From the NCBI RefSeq assembly GCF_009914755.1, contig NC_060942.1: a stretch of DNA of 64,000 nucleotides. One strand, given 5' to 3'. The DNA comes from the human T2T-CHM13v2.0 reference genome, Homo sapiens. How positions within the stretch are numbered: position 1 is the stretch's first letter; every line of letters starts with the position of its first letter. The notes below the pieces were generated by a model. It did not search any database. It worked only from the letters and a program-made list of their open reading frames with translations, and was not told the origin of the DNA. The translations under genes were made by a program, and so were the position numbers. Below, in pieces: positions 43,819 through 57,303 of this stretch.

Positions 43819-45129
43819 AAGAATTTCAAAATATAGTTTCTTTTTGTAGAAAGAAATGTACAGAGAAGACATACAAACAAGAAGCTTATAAAAGTCATAT
43901 AAAACCCAGCTTCTCAGAGACAATCATTGCAAATATCTTGGTGAATACTCTTCTAGATATCTTTCCATATGTATATACACAGAGATACATTCATATAATT
44001 TTACTAAAAAAAGAATCATACCAGTATGCTGTTTTTTCTGAAAGCTGCTTTTGTCAACATCATCAATTTTTAATGGTAATAACTAGAGATATATATCATA
44101 ATTTTAAATTACTGCAAAGTTACCCATCTCCTGTATATCATTATTTATTTACTGATTCCCTAATGATAGATAACTGATTTGTTTCTTAGTATTTGCTTTT
44201 ATAAACAACATGCCAATGAAAATAACAATGGTAGTTCATGCATCATTTTACATTTAACAAAAGTTAAAACTTAACTCAGACAAATAAAGACTAAATCCAT
44301 GTCAAATATTTATTTAACTCAATTATGAAAAAACCATCAGGATAGTAAAGCTGGTTCATTAGGCATTTGTGCAACACATATTTACACATTTAGAAAGAAA
44401 AGGCATGCTTAAGTTTGCTAAGTTGAAAATACAATTTCAGGGCAACACAACTCTAATTTTGAGTTTATCTTATCTACTAGACAGAAATCATTTGTGCCCT
44501 CTACGAGACAGGAATCTACAAATTAACATGTAACTTAAGAATATCTGGAATGTAACAATAATACCTTCTATATCAAAATAGACCCGTTATCTTAGAGAGT
44601 TAAATAATCTTGGGGGAGACCTATTACATGGTGCTCCAGTATAAGATTGTAAGGGCTTGACTTTTTTTCCCTATGTTTCCAAATTTTATATAATATTTCT
44701 TAGGACATGTATGTTGTCTAACTTGACTCCATTTTGAAAGATGTGGATTTTGAAATATGAGAAAGATGAGATTAGGCAGACCAAGTAGACAGGGGTGGGA
44801 AAGGCTGAGGATACCTAGAAGGGTGACAGAGATTTCCTCAGGCAACCTGTGAAAAAGGATCTGATTAACTTTATTGCAAATTTATTAATCTTTGATTACC
44901 AACTAGATTGTAAGTTCCTCAAGGGTGGGGACTGTGTCTTAATTTCTCCTGTATTCTTCAGACAACTTAGATGGGCTCGTTAGAGAGAAGCAAATTCAAA
45001 GCTATCTCAGAATGTGCATTTTAATGGAGATGAGTGAAGAGTTTCCTTTCTATACAAATTTATAAAATAAAGTTTAAGTGGCCTTTGGGCATTACTGGAA
45101 TGGTGGAAGAGGGAAAACTTTCTTTTTAG

Positions 45130-45202
45130 AATGTCTTAGTCCTAAAAGATTGATTGGTCTGGCAAATAAGGGAGTAAATCTTGGACTCTGACATCACAAG
45201 AG
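45130..45202 (+). other. Candidate 73-nt non-coding exon
   Basis: Acceptor ctttctttttAG|A and donor GAG|GTAAGT; stops in all frames. Confidence 0.3.
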
Positions 45203-48084
45203 GTAAGTCCTACTTTGCTACTGGCTTCACCATCAATTCTTAACCTGGACTTTTCCCCAGTTCCTGGGCTGGAATATGGAGGCCAGTTGTCAGCTTTCAA
45301 CCTTTGAGTTTCTCCTTCGAATTTTGGCTTAAGTTTGGTTTCCAAAAGAGTATCTACCCAGACAGCTAGAGGGAATTAAGATGGCTGTTTTGAATTGCTA
45401 AGCTCCTCTTGACTAGAACAAGAAGAGTTTCTATGTGATGGCTGTTTTTCACTTCACAGCTTGATCTGATTAACTCTGATCTCTGGTGATGGCTAGTAAG
45501 TCATTGCATGTCTAGTGATAGTATCCCTTCTACTGCATTAAACAGGATGAGTTTTTTCTTAGTGCTTTTAGTTTGTCCAATTGGGTGAATATTAACAAGG
45601 AAGTTTTTTGCTTTTAGGAACATTAGTGTTGCTCATTCAGGTGATTTTCTTTTTGAGTTAAGCCATTTAGAAAATGAGTCAGTGAATACGACTGGGGACT
45701 GAGGTAGAAGATTCCAGCTAAGTTATCTGCCTCTGTCTCCTGCTGAAAGCTTCAGCAGAGGGTTTACAGAAAGTTTTCAATAGGTACAATAGTATCTTTG
45801 CTTAGAGTCAGTGATAGCATCATTGGTTTTCTTTTAACATTAAACATTTTATTGGATAATTTTCACATCCCTTAGGGAGGATGTGTGACTCCTTTTAAAA
45901 TAAAGTAAGAAAAAAATCACATGATGAAATTGACTTGCCTCATAGAGCCATTCTCCCTGAAACCACCTTGAAGAAGAAGAGTAAATGCTTTAAAGTTTAT
46001 TTTAGGGCTTTATTAAAAAGGAAAACATGCTTTCTGGGTATGCGTTGGATGTCAATATAGATTCAGGCCAATCTGCAATTCTGTCTCTAGCCGCAATGGA
46101 AAAGCCCATCTAGGCAGGCCACTGTGTGGGAGGATCAATGAGCAAGGAAAATGTCTTGTTTTGGACTGACCAAGACAGGAAACTGTGCTTAGATATTTTA
46201 ATACTACAAATAGAGAAGTAATATAATATTAAGGATCAAAGAATGTGGCGGTTTGGGTCAAGCCATACGACTTTGGGAAAATAAAATCTCAGAACCTTGG
46301 TGTTCTATTGTAAAAAGTAAGAATGAGGATTGTGTGATCTCAGAGGAAAAAAAAAACGAGTTGCCTTTGTGTTGTGTTTTAAGAGTCCTGGAAAACTTCC
46401 TGGTTCAGAGTCCCTCCCCACACTACTATTTGGACTTCTAATATTAATAATTCATTTCCTGGAAATCCACTGCCCTCTCCTACCTCTCTTGTAAATTTGA
46501 ATACCCTGCAAAGGGTATAGAATGCAGTTGTTTTACCTCAGTCTCAACAGCCTTATCAGTTCATTTATGCCAAAGGGGAAAAAAGAAACCTTTTCAACAA
46601 AAGAAATTTGGGTATCCTGGGGTGGGTTTGGGGTGGGTGTGAAATCTGCAATAATGCAAAAGTGATGGAAAGAGGAGCACAGAAGTCAACATTTTTCTAC
46701 TTTACAGTTTTGTATGAGTTTAAGAGGCATGCCCTGTCTGAAAGCATGTGTGTCTTTTAAAATCTGCTTTGGAATTATCCCATTTTCCCCTGCTCTTATG
46801 CACTCAGATTTTCCCTCCTATTGCTTCTGTTTGGTTTTCTAACAGTATTGTTTAATTTTGTAGAGTACTTAAAATGCTGAATTTTGCTCTCAAAGACACA
46901 TTACAAAATAAAGCCACAGGATATTGCGTTATAAGTGAAAATGATAGGGAACCACTCAGATTGAATCTGTAATGTTCTCAAGTGAGAGTCATGGGAGTTT
47001 TCAGATGCACTGTGCAAAGTGGAAGATGTGCTAGTAAATCTGCCTTCACAAGGTAATATTCCCAGGTAACTTGCAATGAGAATCTCCACTCCTGCTATCA
47101 GATCACAGGGCAGAGCCAAGACCTGCTGAAGAACATGCAGTACTCTGGCTGCTATTATATCGCACACTTGAGGGGAGATAGAAAGACGTTTCCAGAGAAA
47201 TGTTATTAGAAATAAACTCAGGATGAAAAAAAATGGAAATAGCATTTTTTTCTGGCAAGTACTTGATTGATGTTTAATATTTTCAGTGTTAGCATAACAG
47301 CTGTATTTCAATTGGAAAGGCAACCAGGGAATTTGTTTAATGAAATGCAGAAAAGTCAAACCACCTCACAAGCTTGTTTGTTACTCATAAAAATGATGAC
47401 AAAATCGTGTGCATGCAAAAGTGATTGGAACAATGAATAATTATGTCCATGAAGAAATGGAATCACTTCTCTCAAAATTTACCAGTAAATGTTAAGACCT
47501 TAGAGCTAGGCATTTTTTGTTTGCTTGCTTGTGTGTTTTACTGTTTTTTGCCTTGTATTTTGAGAACTTTAATATTTCCAAATGTTCAGTGGCCAAAGAA
47601 CATTTGGAATATTGACTTTTGTTTCCTTTGAGGGCAGTCATTTCTGTGCGGGAAGAGGTGAAGAAAAAAGGGAGATAGAGGAGAAAGAAGAAGACAGACA
47701 ATCTGGAATTATCCTCCTTTTACTGATACTAGCAGTTTTCCAAAAACTCGCATCTATGCTGGCTGCCCTGCTCACAATCTTTTGTTTATGCTGGAGATAA
47801 GCAAGCCTAATACAATATTAAAATATCACAGATACATACTAATTGGCTTCTCTTCAGTATAGTTCAACTCAGTTTGGTTCATCAGTTGAGTGCTCAATCT
47901 TTGCCAGGTATGGAGGATTAAAAAATGAACAGGAGAAGGTGTCTGTGAAGAGTGTGTGGATCAGACACATGCACAGAGAACTGCCATATAAGGTACCAAG
48001 TACATGGGGCCAGAGAAAACAGGCAAGTCAGTTCTGCCTGAAAGGGAGGGAGAAGGCTTTGTGGAGGAGGTCACAGCAGACTTA

Positions 48085-48277
48085 CATTTATTTATTTATA
48101 ATTTATTATTTACAGATTTATTGGTTTATTTAGAGATGAAGTCTGACTCTGTTGCCCAGGTTGGAGTGCAGTAGCATGATCATAGCTCACTGAAGCCCTG
48201 AACTCCTGGGCTCAAGCAATCCTCCCACCTTAGCCTTTTAATAGCTGGCATTACAGATGCATGCCACTATGCCCAGC
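48085..48277 (-). mobile_element. Alu monomer (FRAM/FAM or AluJ right arm)
   Basis: Single arm GAGATGAAGTCTGACTCTGTTGCCCAGG...GCCACTATGCCCAGC with a (TTTA)n tail. Confidence 0.85.
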
Positions 48278-49352
48278 AAGAGTTATGTTTTGAAAGGTAA
48301 GAAGCATGACATGATGAAACAAATCCAAGGTATGTAAACACCTAGAGGTGAACAGAACTTGCTAGTATTGCAGAAGGGCTGTCCTGGAATGAGTGACACA
48401 GAGCAGGATCCTGACTCCATAGCAGTGCTGAGTGCACAGTTAAGGCTTGAATCTTGCCTGTGACTATAGCATTGGTTCCACCAGCAGCAAATAAGAATTT
48501 TTTTTTCCCCAGGAAAAGTACTTGTGAATAAAGCAGATAAAATTATTCTAATGCAGGTGGACCAAGAGATACAAAAACAAAATGTAATCGACTGAGAGAA
48601 GAGAAAAATATAAACAATGTAGGAACATGTAGTATTATTGGAATAGAAGTTTACAGGTTTTTGTTAAGTCTGTAAGCAATCACTGAGTACTTACTGCATA
48701 CCTACGTGGTACCTGTGCCTGGGCTGGGCACTGTGAGGACCATAAATGAAAAAGTTCTGTCCCCTGCCCTTAAGGAGTTATCTGGTTAAACTACAAAGTG
48801 CCTGGGTGGGAGAGGCGTACACATTATAAGAAAGGGTCTATCAGTCTGCTTTTAGTAGGCTCCACAACTCAATGAAGTTATACTTAGCAATCTTTTCAAC
48901 TGGCCCTGGCTACAACGAAGTTCTTCCCCACTCTCTTCTTTCGGGGTGTCCTAAGGAACACCCTTCTCAACAGAAGATAAGAGAAAATATTTTTTTCAAA
49001 AGCTAATTCCTTGTTTAAAAGTACATAATTTAAAACAAATATGTTTAGTTTCCATACCACACTCTTCATCCCTGCCCCAACTGGATAGGAAGCTTTGTGG
49101 AAGCAGGAATTTTGTCTATCCTGTTTGCCACTGACTATATGGATTTTAAATTTGTTGGTTTTTCTCAAAGCCCACCAGTTCATACACTAATGCTTTATTA
49201 TCAAAATTTTTATCTTTGCCCATATAATTGATGAAACATATCTTACTGCTTTTTTATTATTTGTGTTTCTTAGTGTGAGCACCTTTAATTATAGAGCAAT
49301 TTTCCCTGTGTATCTGTTAAAAATCATATATATTATTATCCTGTGTGTCTTT

Positions 49353-50207
49353 TTTTTTATTATTATACTTTAAGTTTTAGGGTACGTGTGCACATTGTGC
49401 AGGTTACATATGTATACATGTGCCATGCTGGTGCGCTGCACCCACTAACTCATCATCTAGCATTAGGTATATCTCCCAATGCTATCCCTCCCCCCTCCCC
49501 CACCACACAACAGTCCCCAGAGTGTGATGTTCCCCTTCCTGTGTCCATGTGTTCTCATCGTTCAATTCCCACCTATGAGTGAGAATATGCGGTGTTTGGT
49601 TTTTTGTTCTTGCGATAGTTTACTGAGAATGATGATTTCCAATTTCATCCATGTCCCTACAAAGGACATGAACTCATCATTTTTTATGGCTGCATAGTAT
49701 TCCATGGTGTATATGTGCCACATTTTCTTAATCCAGTCTATCATTGTTGGACATTTGGGTTGGTTCCAAGTCTTTGCTATTGTGAATAATGCCTCAATAA
49801 ACATACGTGTGCATGTGTCTTTATAGCAGCATGATTTATAGTCCGTTGGGTATATACCCAGTAATGGGATGGCTGGGTCAAATGATATTTCTAGTTCTAG
49901 ATCCCTGAGGAATTGCCACACTGACTTCCACAATGGTTGAACTAGTTTACAGTCCCACCAACAGTGTAAAAGTATTCCTATTTCTCCACATCCTCTCCAG
50001 CACCTGTTGTTTCCTGACTTTTTAATGATTGCCATTCTAACTGGTGTGAGGTGGTATCTCATTGTGGTTTTGATTTGCATTTCTCTGATGGCCAGTGATG
50101 ATGAGCATTTTTTCGTGTGTTTTTTGGCTGCATAAATGTCTTCTTTTGAGAAGTGTCTGTTCATGTCCTTCGCCCACTTTTTGATGGGGTTGTTTGTTTT
50201 TTTCTTG
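49353..50207 (-). mobile_element. Young 5'-truncated L1PA2-type LINE-1 with 16-bp TSD
   Basis: Open 200-aa ORF2 C-terminus with CCHC motif ([18 protein letters not shown]); TSD TATCCTGTGTGTCTTT at 49337-49352 and 50208-50223; 3'UTR has GAG rather than the L1HS-Ta ACA diagnostic. Confidence 0.95.
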
Positions 50208-52189
50208 TATCCTGTGTGTCTTTATAAAGTCAGCATATAGGGCATTCATTCTTCAGTCAGCTCTGTGCCTGGAGGGGATACCATTGAATACTGTCTCACT
50301 GACGTGAGATCAATCCAACCATAGATACCTTAGAAGGCATAGAAGCATAGATACTTCTCATCACCGTACACAATTCTGCTGCTTTAATTTGTCTGTCCCA
50401 TTTTTGAGTGCTGGGGCTGCTTTCTAGAGACATGGGTCTGCTGTTCTGCCAGCTTCTCTATACTGCTGGGCCACTTAACTTCTTTCTTATTCTCACCTTG
50501 GAAGGGATGGAGGGAAAGAAGTGAAAGGCGGGTCTTAGCCTTTTACTTCTGCATTTCCCCTAGCCAAACAGCTTGACAGACTGTTTAGCCACCATGAGGA
50601 AGCTTTATCCAGCAAGGTTTAGCCCTTCTTGACACTAAAGTCTAGGGACAGATAAATGCAGGTGATTTCACTGAGATGCAGGACACCCGACCAAGCTGAT
50701 TTATTCCAACACCAGAAAGCTGCCTGTGCCTCCATATCATCTGGTCTTCCAATACCAGAGCAATCCTTCCTCATTGACCCTCACACTGCTCAAGCCATTG
50801 TCCTCTGAGCTTTGAAGGGCACATGAAGATTGCTTGAATGGATTTAATCATGCTGCTGCTTCTCCATATGCAAGCCTTCTTTAGCAAGATAGGCAGCTCT
50901 TCTAGAACTAGAATACAAAATTTCTTCTGAAAACTCTGAGATATTCTAGACTCTTAGTTGTATATTCAGAGAAACAACCATGTAAGAAAGCATAAAATGA
51001 GTCCAAGATTGCATGAGCTCATGTTTCTTTTGCAATTAATAATAATAGTGATGATAAAGAATAAGTAACTTGCTGAGATCTAAGTGCTAGAGGTGTGCCA
51101 ACATTATTATAGACATTATCTCCTTTAATGCTTCCAGTGACCTCATGTATTAATATTATTTCTGTGAGGAAAGTAAGACTTAAAATAGAGAACTAGAACC
51201 CAAATCCCTCTGATTCTAAAGCTGTACCTTTTCACCTCAAAAACAAAATAGGTCCAAACATTTTCCCCAACCATCACCTGGTAAAATTCATCCACTAAAA
51301 CTTCACAGGTGTCTTAGTTTCATCTGTCATTTTCACCTCTGAAAAGGACTCACCAAATTATTCCCAGAGACAATTTGACTGGCAAATGAAGTGGCATGAA
51401 CTGGAAGTTAGGAAAGGTGTTCTTTAGGAAAAGGGACTTGAGCTGTACCTGGGTGTGGAAGAGAGATCAGGATTTGTGTGGAAAATAGGAGACGGGAAAG
51501 TGTTTCTGATGGAAGTAGAAGAAAGCATAGATTTAGGGAGATAAGGATGAGTGGGAACAAAGCAGACATGCCATTTTTTAAGATTTTTTTTTTCTCTTGC
51601 ATCTTGCAGTGATAAAAAAGTTATTTAGAGTCATCCTGGAATGAGTATAAAGATAAGTGGTTCATGTCTCATTCACTTAAAAACAAAGAAAACAGCTCTA
51701 ATGAAAACTCAAAAATGAAGCATCAGCAGGAAGAAGAGTTAAAAAAAAAGATGCAATTTTCTTCTGTGAAGCCTCTCATCTACTTTAAATGTAGCTCTTT
51801 TAATTATTTCCTTTAGGCAAAAATACCCAATTAGGTAAAATCATGAATTAGCCAATGTTTGAAAATATTTTGAAGAGGAAGAAAACAACAGCTCACCAAT
51901 GAATGACATTATTATTTCTATTTCCCCATTTTTTGTTTTGCAACTAGAAATTCAGGAATTAATTTATGTCACCAATTCAAAATTTCATCTCCAGTAGAAA
52001 TGATTTAAGGGGAAACAAAGAATCCATTTGAAGTAGCCTCATCATTTGTGTTCACTTTTTGAATTAGCCTTTGTATGTTTACAGTCTCTTTGGATGATTG
52101 GTGACTAATACGTAAAAAATGGCTAAACAATGATGTTTCTTCAGAAAAGGACATTAAGGAGTTTTGTGAGACAAAAAGACACAAATATT

Positions 52190-52260
52190 GGCCGGGCGCA
52201 GTGGCTCCAGCCTGGGCGACAGACTGGGACTCCGTTTCAAAAAAGAAAAAAAAAAAAAAA
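52190..52260 (+). mobile_element. Internally deleted mini-Alu: first 18 nt joined to the last ~31 nt plus A-tail
   Basis: GGCCGGGCGCAGTGGCTC-CAGCCTGGGCGACAGACTGGGACTCCGTTTC-A-tail; TSD core GACACAAATAT at 52178-52188 and 52262-52272. Confidence 0.92.
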
Positions 52261-52339
52261 CGACACAAATATCACTGGATGATGACTTAGGTCTTAGTGA
52301 ATACCTGTAATATAGATAACATCTGATCTGAAGTCTTTC

Positions 52340-52700
52340 TCTCTCTCTTTAATTCTAAGTGAAGTGTGACGGAAGAGGGCACATTTTAGTAGCCATTTAT
52401 GGAGAGGCATCCAGTAAAAAAGTATCATCTAGAGGAAAGATGGAATTTTAGCTGTTTAGCCTAGAAAATGTAAGACAGATGAAGACAGAACTGATAGCCA
52501 TCATCCAACCTTTGACAAATTATTATGTTAGTGAGAGTCAGATGTGTGGTTTTGAAAACCAAAGGTTGGAAGTTACTGAAGAATATCCTGACAATTAGAG
52601 CTGTCCGACAGTGGGACTGCTGCTTGATGAAGTAGGAAGTTCCTCTTCGATGAAGTGTTCAGACACAGGCTGGAAGACCATCTGGCAGGCTGTCATTTGC
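52340..52700 (+). mobile_element. L3/CR1 3' relic
   Basis: CTGTTTAGCCTAGAAAA...CCTGACAATTAGAGCTGTCCGACAGTGG...GAAGTGTTCAGACACAGGCTGGA. Confidence 0.7.
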
Positions 52701-53334
52701 TGGGTCTGTCTCCACCACCAATTACAGTGTGTGGAAAGGGCAGGGCTGCGCGCTTCACTCTAACTGCAGGCTCTCAAATTTTGCATTTGAAATGGAACTT
52801 CATCTAGGATGGGGATGGTAAGGGCCTGATACAATGAACTCTCACAGTTTCTTTTCATCACTAAGATTTTTCTCTTTCCAAGGATATTGGGAAAGGATAA
52901 AATCAAAGAGTTCTAAAAGAAATTTTAAAATCTTTGGAAAATAATTTAGTAGAGAGAAAATAATTATTGCACCTTAATTTTCAGAGACACAATACTTTTA
53001 GGAACACACAAAGCTGGTTAACATTGTCTTTGTTTTTTTCTGAGTTGAGTTTCTCTCTCTCTCTCTCTCTCTCCCAATTTTACCTTTTGTCACACCCATA
53101 GATTCCTGCCTAAAGACCATCTCACCAGGTCTGTCCAAGAACCAGATGACTCCAAATTCTGCTTTCCTTAAAGTAGAATTCCTTAAAGATAGAACCCCAA
53201 GATTTTAATTCATGGTTATTAAATTAAACATGAATCTAGGTACCACTGTGAAAAAACAGTGCCTGTAGTCCTTATAATTAGTAAATTGTGTTTAACCTTT
53301 CAGGATTTTTTTTTTTTCTCAAAAAGAGGACCCA

Positions 53335-53603
<269 letters not shown>

Positions 53604-53610
53604 CTAGTCT

Positions 53611-53960
53611 GCCATAAAAAGGAATAAAATAATGTATTTTGCAGCTACTTGGATGGATCTTGGAGCTGGAGGCCATTATTCTTAGTGAAGTAACTCAGGA
53701 ATGAAAAATCAAATATTATATGTTCACACTTATAACTGGGAGCTAAGCTATGAGGATACGAAGGCATAAGAATAATGTAATGGACTTTGGGGACTTGGGG
53801 GGAAAGGGTGGGAGGGGGATGAGGGATAAAAGACTACATATTGGGTACAGTGTACACTGCTTGGGTGACAGGTACACCAAAATTCCAGAAATCACTACTA
53901 AATAACTTATCCATGTAATAAAAACCACCTGCACCCCAAAAACTATTGAAAAAAAAATAA
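53611..53960 (+). mobile_element. L1PB1/2-type 3' end with A-tail
   Basis: GCCATAAAAAGGAATAAAATAATG...GCTAAGCTATGAGGAT...CCCCAAAAACTATTGAAAAAAA. Confidence 0.9.
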
Positions 53961-54273
53961 GTAATTTTTTAAAAAGAGAATCCAGTAGGCAAAATGATGT
54001 TTCTATTGATGGAGGGCACAGGGCTGATATTTTGAGAGGTGGAAACTTCCTGGCACTTCTTGCTTACTCAAGTTTCCATGGATCCAAGGCCACACCTTGG
54101 CATCCCTCACAAGCTCACATACCATCCTCACCTCTGCCACGTGGGTACATGGGCACACACAAACACAAGCACATTACGAAAAGCAAAGCTTCTGGGCACC
54201 ATACTCTCAAAGCCTACTGAGACCTAGTTTGATAAAGTAAATAGACTTATGTACATAATGGTTCCCTGTGTAA

Positions 54274-54363
54274 GTCTATAGCCATACCACCTTCAATGCA
54301 CTTCACCTCATCAGATCTTGGAAGCTAAGCAGAATCAGGCCTAGTTAGTAATTGAATGGCAGA
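54274..54363 (+). pseudogene. 5S rRNA pseudogene, 3'-truncated (nt 1-90 of about 120)
   Basis: GTCTATAGCCATACCACC...GATCTTGGAAGCTAAGCAG...GTTAGTAATTGAATGGCAGA aligns without gaps to mammalian 5S as recalled, 70/90 identical by hand count, with many CpG-type transitions. Confidence 0.93.
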
Positions 54364-56369
54364 TTAAAATAGTCAAATAAATACCACGTGGAGATAGCCT
54401 CAAATGAACTTACATTCTTATTTTATAAAAATAAGCCACCGTGACTTTTCATTATGTTTCTTCTTTATCCAATTTAAAGACTTGATGTGAAATCTTAATA
54501 GAATTTGACAGCTCCAACGTTTTAATCAAAATTAGTAGCAAACAATAAATGTTTATAGATTTCTATATATTGTATTTATTCGGTGAAGGAAGAGGACACT
54601 TTTGGGTACAGGCCACAATTCTACTCTCTTAAGATTTTTAGTATACTGATGTAGGTGATGCTATATTTTATGGAACATGAAATAATCATACTTTATTAAA
54701 ATGTTTGTCAAAAATTGATCATTTCAAAAAAAAAAAAAACTGGCAGAGTAAAATGTAAATCCTGTTAACCCAGTGCCTTATGGTAGTAATACTTCATTGG
54801 GTAAATTTCCACTATTCTTGGTCAAGATGAATAGTAAATTCAGCAAGTTTGGTTTTTAACAAGGTTTTTGGGAATGCAGGCCTTTGCTTGTTAAAAGATA
54901 GTCACAATCCAAGGCAGGATTAAGTGCCCTTAGGTGCACAGACAATAAGAACCTGGAAGAACATTGATGGAATACATTAATATGAATAAGAATAAAGTTC
55001 CCTGAGGAGTTTATGTCCAGAAAGACATTGGAGAGTCAGTGAAGAATCCAAGTCATTCCAGTGGCATAAGGAAAGAGGAGAGACATTGAATGTGTACATG
55101 AGTTGGGAGAACATTAGGAGACTAGCCTGGTCAGAGTAATGTTTGCAGGTTGGTGGATCTCCTGTATAGCCTGAATCATTTTCTATGTTCAAGAGGCTGT
55201 GTCCTGTGTGGTAGCACTGCCCATCTATCTCTAGACTCCTCTGTCCCATGCTAATCCTGAATATCACTGCTAATATGTATACACAGATGAGATCTGATTA
55301 AAATAAACTAGAGAAGCCTCAAAGGAGAGATGCAGTCACAAAAGAGCTATCACATCAGGGGTTATGTGAAGAGGAAGAGGGAAAGGGAGTGTTCTTGCTA
55401 ACCCCTGGCTTGCAGGAGTGTTTCTGATGATGGTGCAGCTACGTTTGAGCCTTTGACTCACTGTATATACAGAACACTTCACTTAGGCTGCAACGTCTGT
55501 GTCCTTTTTACCTGAAATACTGCAACCCACCCAACCGTAACACTAATAGCTGTGAAATATGGTGACAACATCAGAGTGATTCCTGCCTCATACCACAGGC
55601 AAGTTGGCCTTAAGCAGGGGGGCAAAGGTTTCTGCCCACAGAATAGGAATAGTCGAAAGGCCAGATTAAGCCGTAAACATTGAACATTTCTGTCACAAGA
55701 AACTAGGATGATCTCTTGCAGCTTCCTATTCTACCTGAGGTGCCATCGTTGGTATTAAACAATAAGAGATTAGGCTCTTGTCAGGCAAACTAATGAATTT
55801 TAGATTGATTTCTGTCTTCTGCAATGCTAGCGACATTTTTGACAGCTGTGATTTATAGGGCTTTCATTGGGTCTATTCATGAAAGGAGTTGTTTATTTTG
55901 GTTGATGGGAAAGCTTCTAATGTTCCCAGTGGGAAATGCTGAGGGCCAAGATGATGGCCATCTTGAAGGAGCTCTCTGACTATCTAGGGCAGGCCTCTTA
56001 TAAATTTGTAATCAAGAGCTCAGAGAACTAATGAGGGCAGGTTGGCTTGGAAATTGTTTTGGCGACATTTGACCAGTGAAATGCTCCTGGAAAATATATG
56101 TCTGCTGCTCAGCTGCAGAGCCGTAAGGGTAAAAATTCTACTTTGTGTGTCATTTTACTTGCTTTTTTTCTTTTTTTGAAATGCCATAGCTGGTATTTGC
56201 AGAATGCAGCAGGAATTTTAGTTCCACAAAGTGGTGGTGGAGAAACAATGTAATTCAAAGATTTAAACTGGGGTCTTTTGTTTGTTTGTTTTTTGTAAGC
56301 CTTCTGTAGCTCATTGTAGAATATTTTTCTATCAGGAATAATTTGAAACTTTGCAAGTGTGATGGATAT

Positions 56370-56798
56370 TGTGGTGGACCTCCCAGAGTTCCCTTCAGGA
56401 CCAAGACACTCATTTCTATAAAGAGCTAGTGGGAATGATAACTCTTGCTAGCTCACAGATAGGTCTCTTTCTCGAAATTGCCCTCTGCTGAAGGGAACTG
56501 ACTTGCCAAATATTACATCCCCCTCTACGTCAGTTTGCATTCAATGATGGGTCGAGACTAGGTTGAAAGGCTCCTTTTCTCACTTCAGGATTTTTCTGTT
56601 GGGTCATTCCAACACCAAGCTCCCTATAGGGTGAGCTGGAGCCTCTGTTGCAAGTGTATCATGGTGCAACTGCTTTCTCTCCCCAACTTTTTTTTCTCTC
56701 ACTCCTTCATGGATGTTGTTTTTAAGAGCACTTGTCAATCAACTTCCATAATGCAAATCTCAAAGTAGAATCTGTTTCCCAGGAACCCAGCCCGCAAC
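56370..56798 (+). mobile_element. LTR16-type ERVL solo LTR
   Basis: CCCTTCAGGACCAAGACACTCATT...AATTGCCCTCTGCTGAAGGGAACTG...ATGCAAATCTC...TCTGTTTCCCAGGAACCCA. Confidence 0.75.
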
Positions 56799-57303
56799 CA
56801 GGAGGTAAGGTTGAGAGAGGTGGCCATGATTGAAGAAAAGTGAGCAGGGGTTGACCACAAATAGGATTTCAGGGATGAGAAAGGAGAATATTGAGGATGT
56901 AGCAGAGCTTCCAAAGCTGGAGACCTTGGGGGATGAGAGGAACCCTACTTTTGTTTGCCTTTTGAGGCTTATAGCTCAAGCAGGTTGCAGGGAAAAAACA
57001 GCCCCATATCACCTTTCCCAGCGGAGAAATATCAGGGAACACCTGACATTTCAGAGGTAGACTGTGCCTATAATATAAAATAGGGAAGAGAATGAGGTCA
57101 CGGTTGATAATAAGGGAAGAAGCAGAATACACATAACGAATCTTATATATCAAATCTTTTGATAATATTGCTGAACAGTGGAGAAATTTGGAAAGATAGA
57201 ATGTATGATTAGGGTGGGATCACTTAAAAATATATACAGCATCTACCAGGACATATACATGACAAGAAAAGATATGACATGCTCCGAAGTCACCAAAACC
57301 AGC

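Noticed and set aside
46901-47359. 152-aa minus-strand ORF in unique sequence
   Set aside because: No true ATG start, no recognisable domain and no convincing splice boundaries; consistent with chance.
49562-50164. 200-aa ORF, the longest in the track
   Set aside because: It is the L1 ORF2p C-terminus of a 5'-truncated insertion, not a cellular gene.
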